The position numbers were made by a program, and so were the translations under genes. The notes under the pieces were generated by a model that searched no databases, had not been told where the DNA came from, and saw only the letters and a program-made list of their open reading frames with translations. Below are positions 61,791-64,000 of a stretch of 64,000 nucleotides of DNA, piece after piece. How positions within the stretch are numbered: the stretch's first letter is position 1; each line of letters starts with the position of its first letter. Origin of the DNA: an uncultured Leptospirales bacterium. Its GTDB lineage: Bacteria; Spirochaetota; UBA4802; UBA5550. Location of the stretch: NCBI GenBank assembly GCA_964450405.1, contig CAYVCQ010000002.1:320417-384416 (forward strand). Reading direction: 5' to 3'.

Positions 61791-63056
61791 TCAACCTTTG
61801 CTCGAAATTGGTAAGTGAAATTTTTTATAAATATAGTTAGTTATCATAATTCCTGAACCCCAGAAAATTATTTGTACTACTGGATATATTATTTCCGGAA
61901 TAACACCGCTTAGTGTATAAAAAATAATTATTATAAAACAATAATACGTTAAATACGGATGAAATTTATTGCAGATAAGAACAGTTGCGAATAATAAAAA
62001 TAAAACGAACAATAAATAAAATGTTGCATCTATTATAGAAAAATAGCTCAAGGCGATGAACTTACCGAGAATTCCAGTTGTACTTGCACCACCTAATTTA
62101 TTATAATCAAAGTTTTCATCAAATAATGCTAACATATATGAATGTAAAGATTTTTTTTCATCATAATTTGTTATAAATTTCCCGGGAATAAAAACAGATA
62201 AAGCATCTTTAAAATAATGATACCTACCAAGCTTATTCCCCACAAGCCTTATAACAGCAGGTTTATTCTCAACAATTTTGGCAATCTGTGAAAAATGTGA
62301 AAACCGTCCTGTGATGTGAATGAGTCCGTCATATGTTGAGGTTTTAAAACTCAGATCTCCTCCACCCCTTATATAATTCTTAATGTCAAAGACTTTAGGA
62401 TATATAAAAAGAATAAATAGTATTGAAGCCAAAGTGATAAAAATAGTTTTCTTCAGATCAATCTTAGATTTAAAAAAAATCATCACTTCAAGGATAAGAA
62501 AAACAAATATATGACCCGACCAGCCTCTATATATATTTAATACAATTGCGCCAATCACAAGAATCCAGAATAAATGATTTTTATTTTTATTAGTTCTATC
62601 AATACAATATAATATTAAAACAGCATCTACAATTTTAATCCGTGTTACTAGAAAAGCAAATTTAAAATTACTCGCCTGCCCGGCAATTGGGAAATGATAT
62701 AAATATGTAATAATAAAATTTATTATTAGAATCAATAATATTACATAATAGAATAATGTGTTTATTGAATCTGTTTTTTTTATTAACGGATTTAATTTTA
62801 ATGCTTTTGTCAGAAAGTAATAAATATAATAAACAATAACAAATTGAATAATGATAACAAATAAAATTTTTCCTAGCGTCAAATATTCTAGTAAAACAGG
62901 TTGGTTTAAAAAATCTCCATTGTATTTTCCTGAAATAAGCGCATACAAATAACCAATAATATTTGCAGAAATAAATCCCAATAGAATTATTGACCTAATA
63001 TCTACTGATGTATTTAATAACTTGTTTATTTTTAATTGCACAATTAGAAACTCCAA
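61791..63056 (-). CDS. Wzy-like polymerase/ligase family membrane protein, putative
   Basis: 421 aa, ~10-12 TM helices with one larger loop; typical size and position for Wzy in a Wzx/Wzy locus. Motifs weak. Confidence 0.35.
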   Translation of the reverse strand: MEFLIVQLKINKLLNTSVDIRSIILLGFISANIIGYLYALISGKYNGDFLNQPVLLEYLTLGKILFVIIIQFVIVYYIYYFLTKALKLNPLIKKTDSINTLFYYVILLILIINFIITYLYHFPIAGQASNFKFAFLVTRIKIVDAVLILYCIDRTNKNKNHLFWILVIGAIVLNIYRGWSGHIFVFLILEVMIFFKSKIDLKKTIFITLASILFILFIYPKVFDIKNYIRGGGDLSFKTSTYDGLIHITGRFSHFSQIAKIVENKPAVIRLVGNKLGRYHYFKDALSVFIPGKFITNYDEKKSLHSYMLALFDENFDYNKLGGASTTGILGKFIALSYFSIIDATFYLLFVLFLLFATVLICNKFHPYLTYYCFIIIIFYTLSGVIPEIIYPVVQIIFWGSGIMITNYIYKKFHLPISSKG

Positions 63057-63324
63057 ACATTTTTTAAATTAAATTTTCTACTCATGATAACTTCTAAAAT
63101 AAAAAGAATCCATTAACTTCTAAAATGATTTATTGATCCATGATTCCTGACAAAGAAAGATTTAAAAGCAAGTGAGCTTAAAAACTCTATATTTAAAACA
63201 GCAAGGGACTATCGGTTTTTATAATTGGGTTTTCGCCATCCATACTCAGTAAAGGTTGAACTTTTGAAACTTCCTGGCATTGTTATATATAAAGTCTTTC
63301 AAAGAGTTTCAAAATAAACTTCAA

Positions 63325-64000
63325 TCAGCCGACTTTCTTTTTTATACTTTTTAAAACTATTTTTTCCTGATTTGAATTATCAGACTTTTCATCTTTATTT
63401 AAACTGGATATTACACTCTCAGCCTTATTTAAAATAAAAAACGATATTCCAAGTATAAGCAGTATAAAACTGAATAAAAACATTGTTAAATCAGGATTTA
63501 CAACTATCATTATTAATGAAAAAATTCCCAAAATTGATGTATAGAGATAAACAACTCCCAAAATCCCCTTAGTTGAAAATCCCAGATTCATAAGCCTGTG
63601 ATGAAGATGTTTTTTATCCGGATGAAATATATTATGGCCGTTTCTCAGACGATTGAACATAACCTGTATTACATCTGTTATGGGAACCAGCATCAGTATC
63701 ATCGGTATCAGAAAAACTGTAAGAGCTGCAGACTTTTTTATACCCATGAGAGGTAATACCGAATACATAAATCCGATGAAATACGCACCGCCATCCCCGA
63801 GAAATATTTTTGCCGGAGGAAAATTGAAAACATAAAATCCGGCAATGGAAAACTCCAGAATAAGAGAAAGAGTTAATACATGGTAATTCCGCGTCATTGC
63901 GGAGATTATTACTATAAAGAGATTTGCAATCAAAACTATTCCGGTAGATAATCCATCCATTCCGTCTATAAGATTGACGGCATTCATAAATGCAACTATC
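63325..64000 (-). CDS. Undecaprenyl-phosphate N-acetylhexosamine-1-phosphate transferase (WecA/MraY family), C-terminal part; gene start lies beyond window end
   Basis: Contains NLIDGMDGL motif of the polyprenyl-phosphate hexosamine-1-P transferase family; ORF open to the window edge. Confidence 0.8.
   Translation of the reverse strand, partial: IVAFMNAVNLIDGMDGLSTGIVLIANLFIVIISAMTRNYHVLTLSLILEFSIAGFYVFNFPPAKIFLGDGGAYFIGFMYSVLPLMGIKKSAALTVFLIPMILMLVPITDVIQVMFNRLRNGHNIFHPDKKHLHHRLMNLGFSTKGILGVVYLYTSILGIFSLIMIVVNPDLTMFLFSFILLILGISFFILNKAESVISSLNKDEKSDNSNQEKIVLKSIKKKVG

Overview
This 64-kb window is an AT-rich bacterial chromosomal segment with no obvious mobile-element genes such as a transposase or integrase. 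Most genes lie on the minus strand. Taxonomy is not assigned; the content suggests an anaerobic, flagellated, LPS-bearing bacterium. In order along the window:

- **1-2.3 kb:** end of a flagellar operon (partial fliL, flbD, a DUF115 motility-accessory-factor-like gene) and a TetR regulator.
- **2.7-3.8 kb:** tsaE and tsaB.
- **3.8-5.4 kb:** an orphan ~390-aa PilZ-like protein and a small Lys/Ala-rich histone-H1-like gene.
- **5.6-7.0 kb:** a striking non-coding tandem repeat array with a ~190-bp period.
- **7.3-14.8 kb:** housekeeping genes (der, recR, ybaB, dnaX, tRNA-Ser, ndk, tRNA-Leu, lon).
- **14.8-19.6 kb:** a GldG-type ABC transporter with a DUF4340 protein.
- **19.8-23.3 kb:** a periplasmic [NiFe] hydrogenase operon (tetraheme cytochrome c3, maturation protease, small and large subunits).
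- **23.9-28.1 kb:** a UPF0182 membrane protein and malQ.
- **28.1-31.6 kb:** a lemA plus three TPM-domain genes, flanked by two direct copies of a ~120-nt structured repeat.
- **31.6-64 kb:** a ~32-kb envelope-glycan locus. It carries PglF/PglE-like sugar enzymes, ADP-heptose genes (gmhA, hldE, GT9), three Wzx-like flippases and a Wzy-like polymerase. It also carries several GT2/GT4/GT-C-like transferases, an MBOAT acyltransferase, an FdtA/FdtC/FdtB-type dTDP-3-acetamido-3,6-dideoxyhexose pathway, RmlC-like and SDR enzymes, and a partial WecA-like initiating transferase.

The most unusual observations are:
- the 190-bp tandem array next to the histone-like gene;
- the direct structured repeats bracketing the LemA-TPM operon;
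- an in-frame PIN-like N-terminal domain on the FdtB-type aminotransferase, preceded by an overlapping antitoxin-like small gene.
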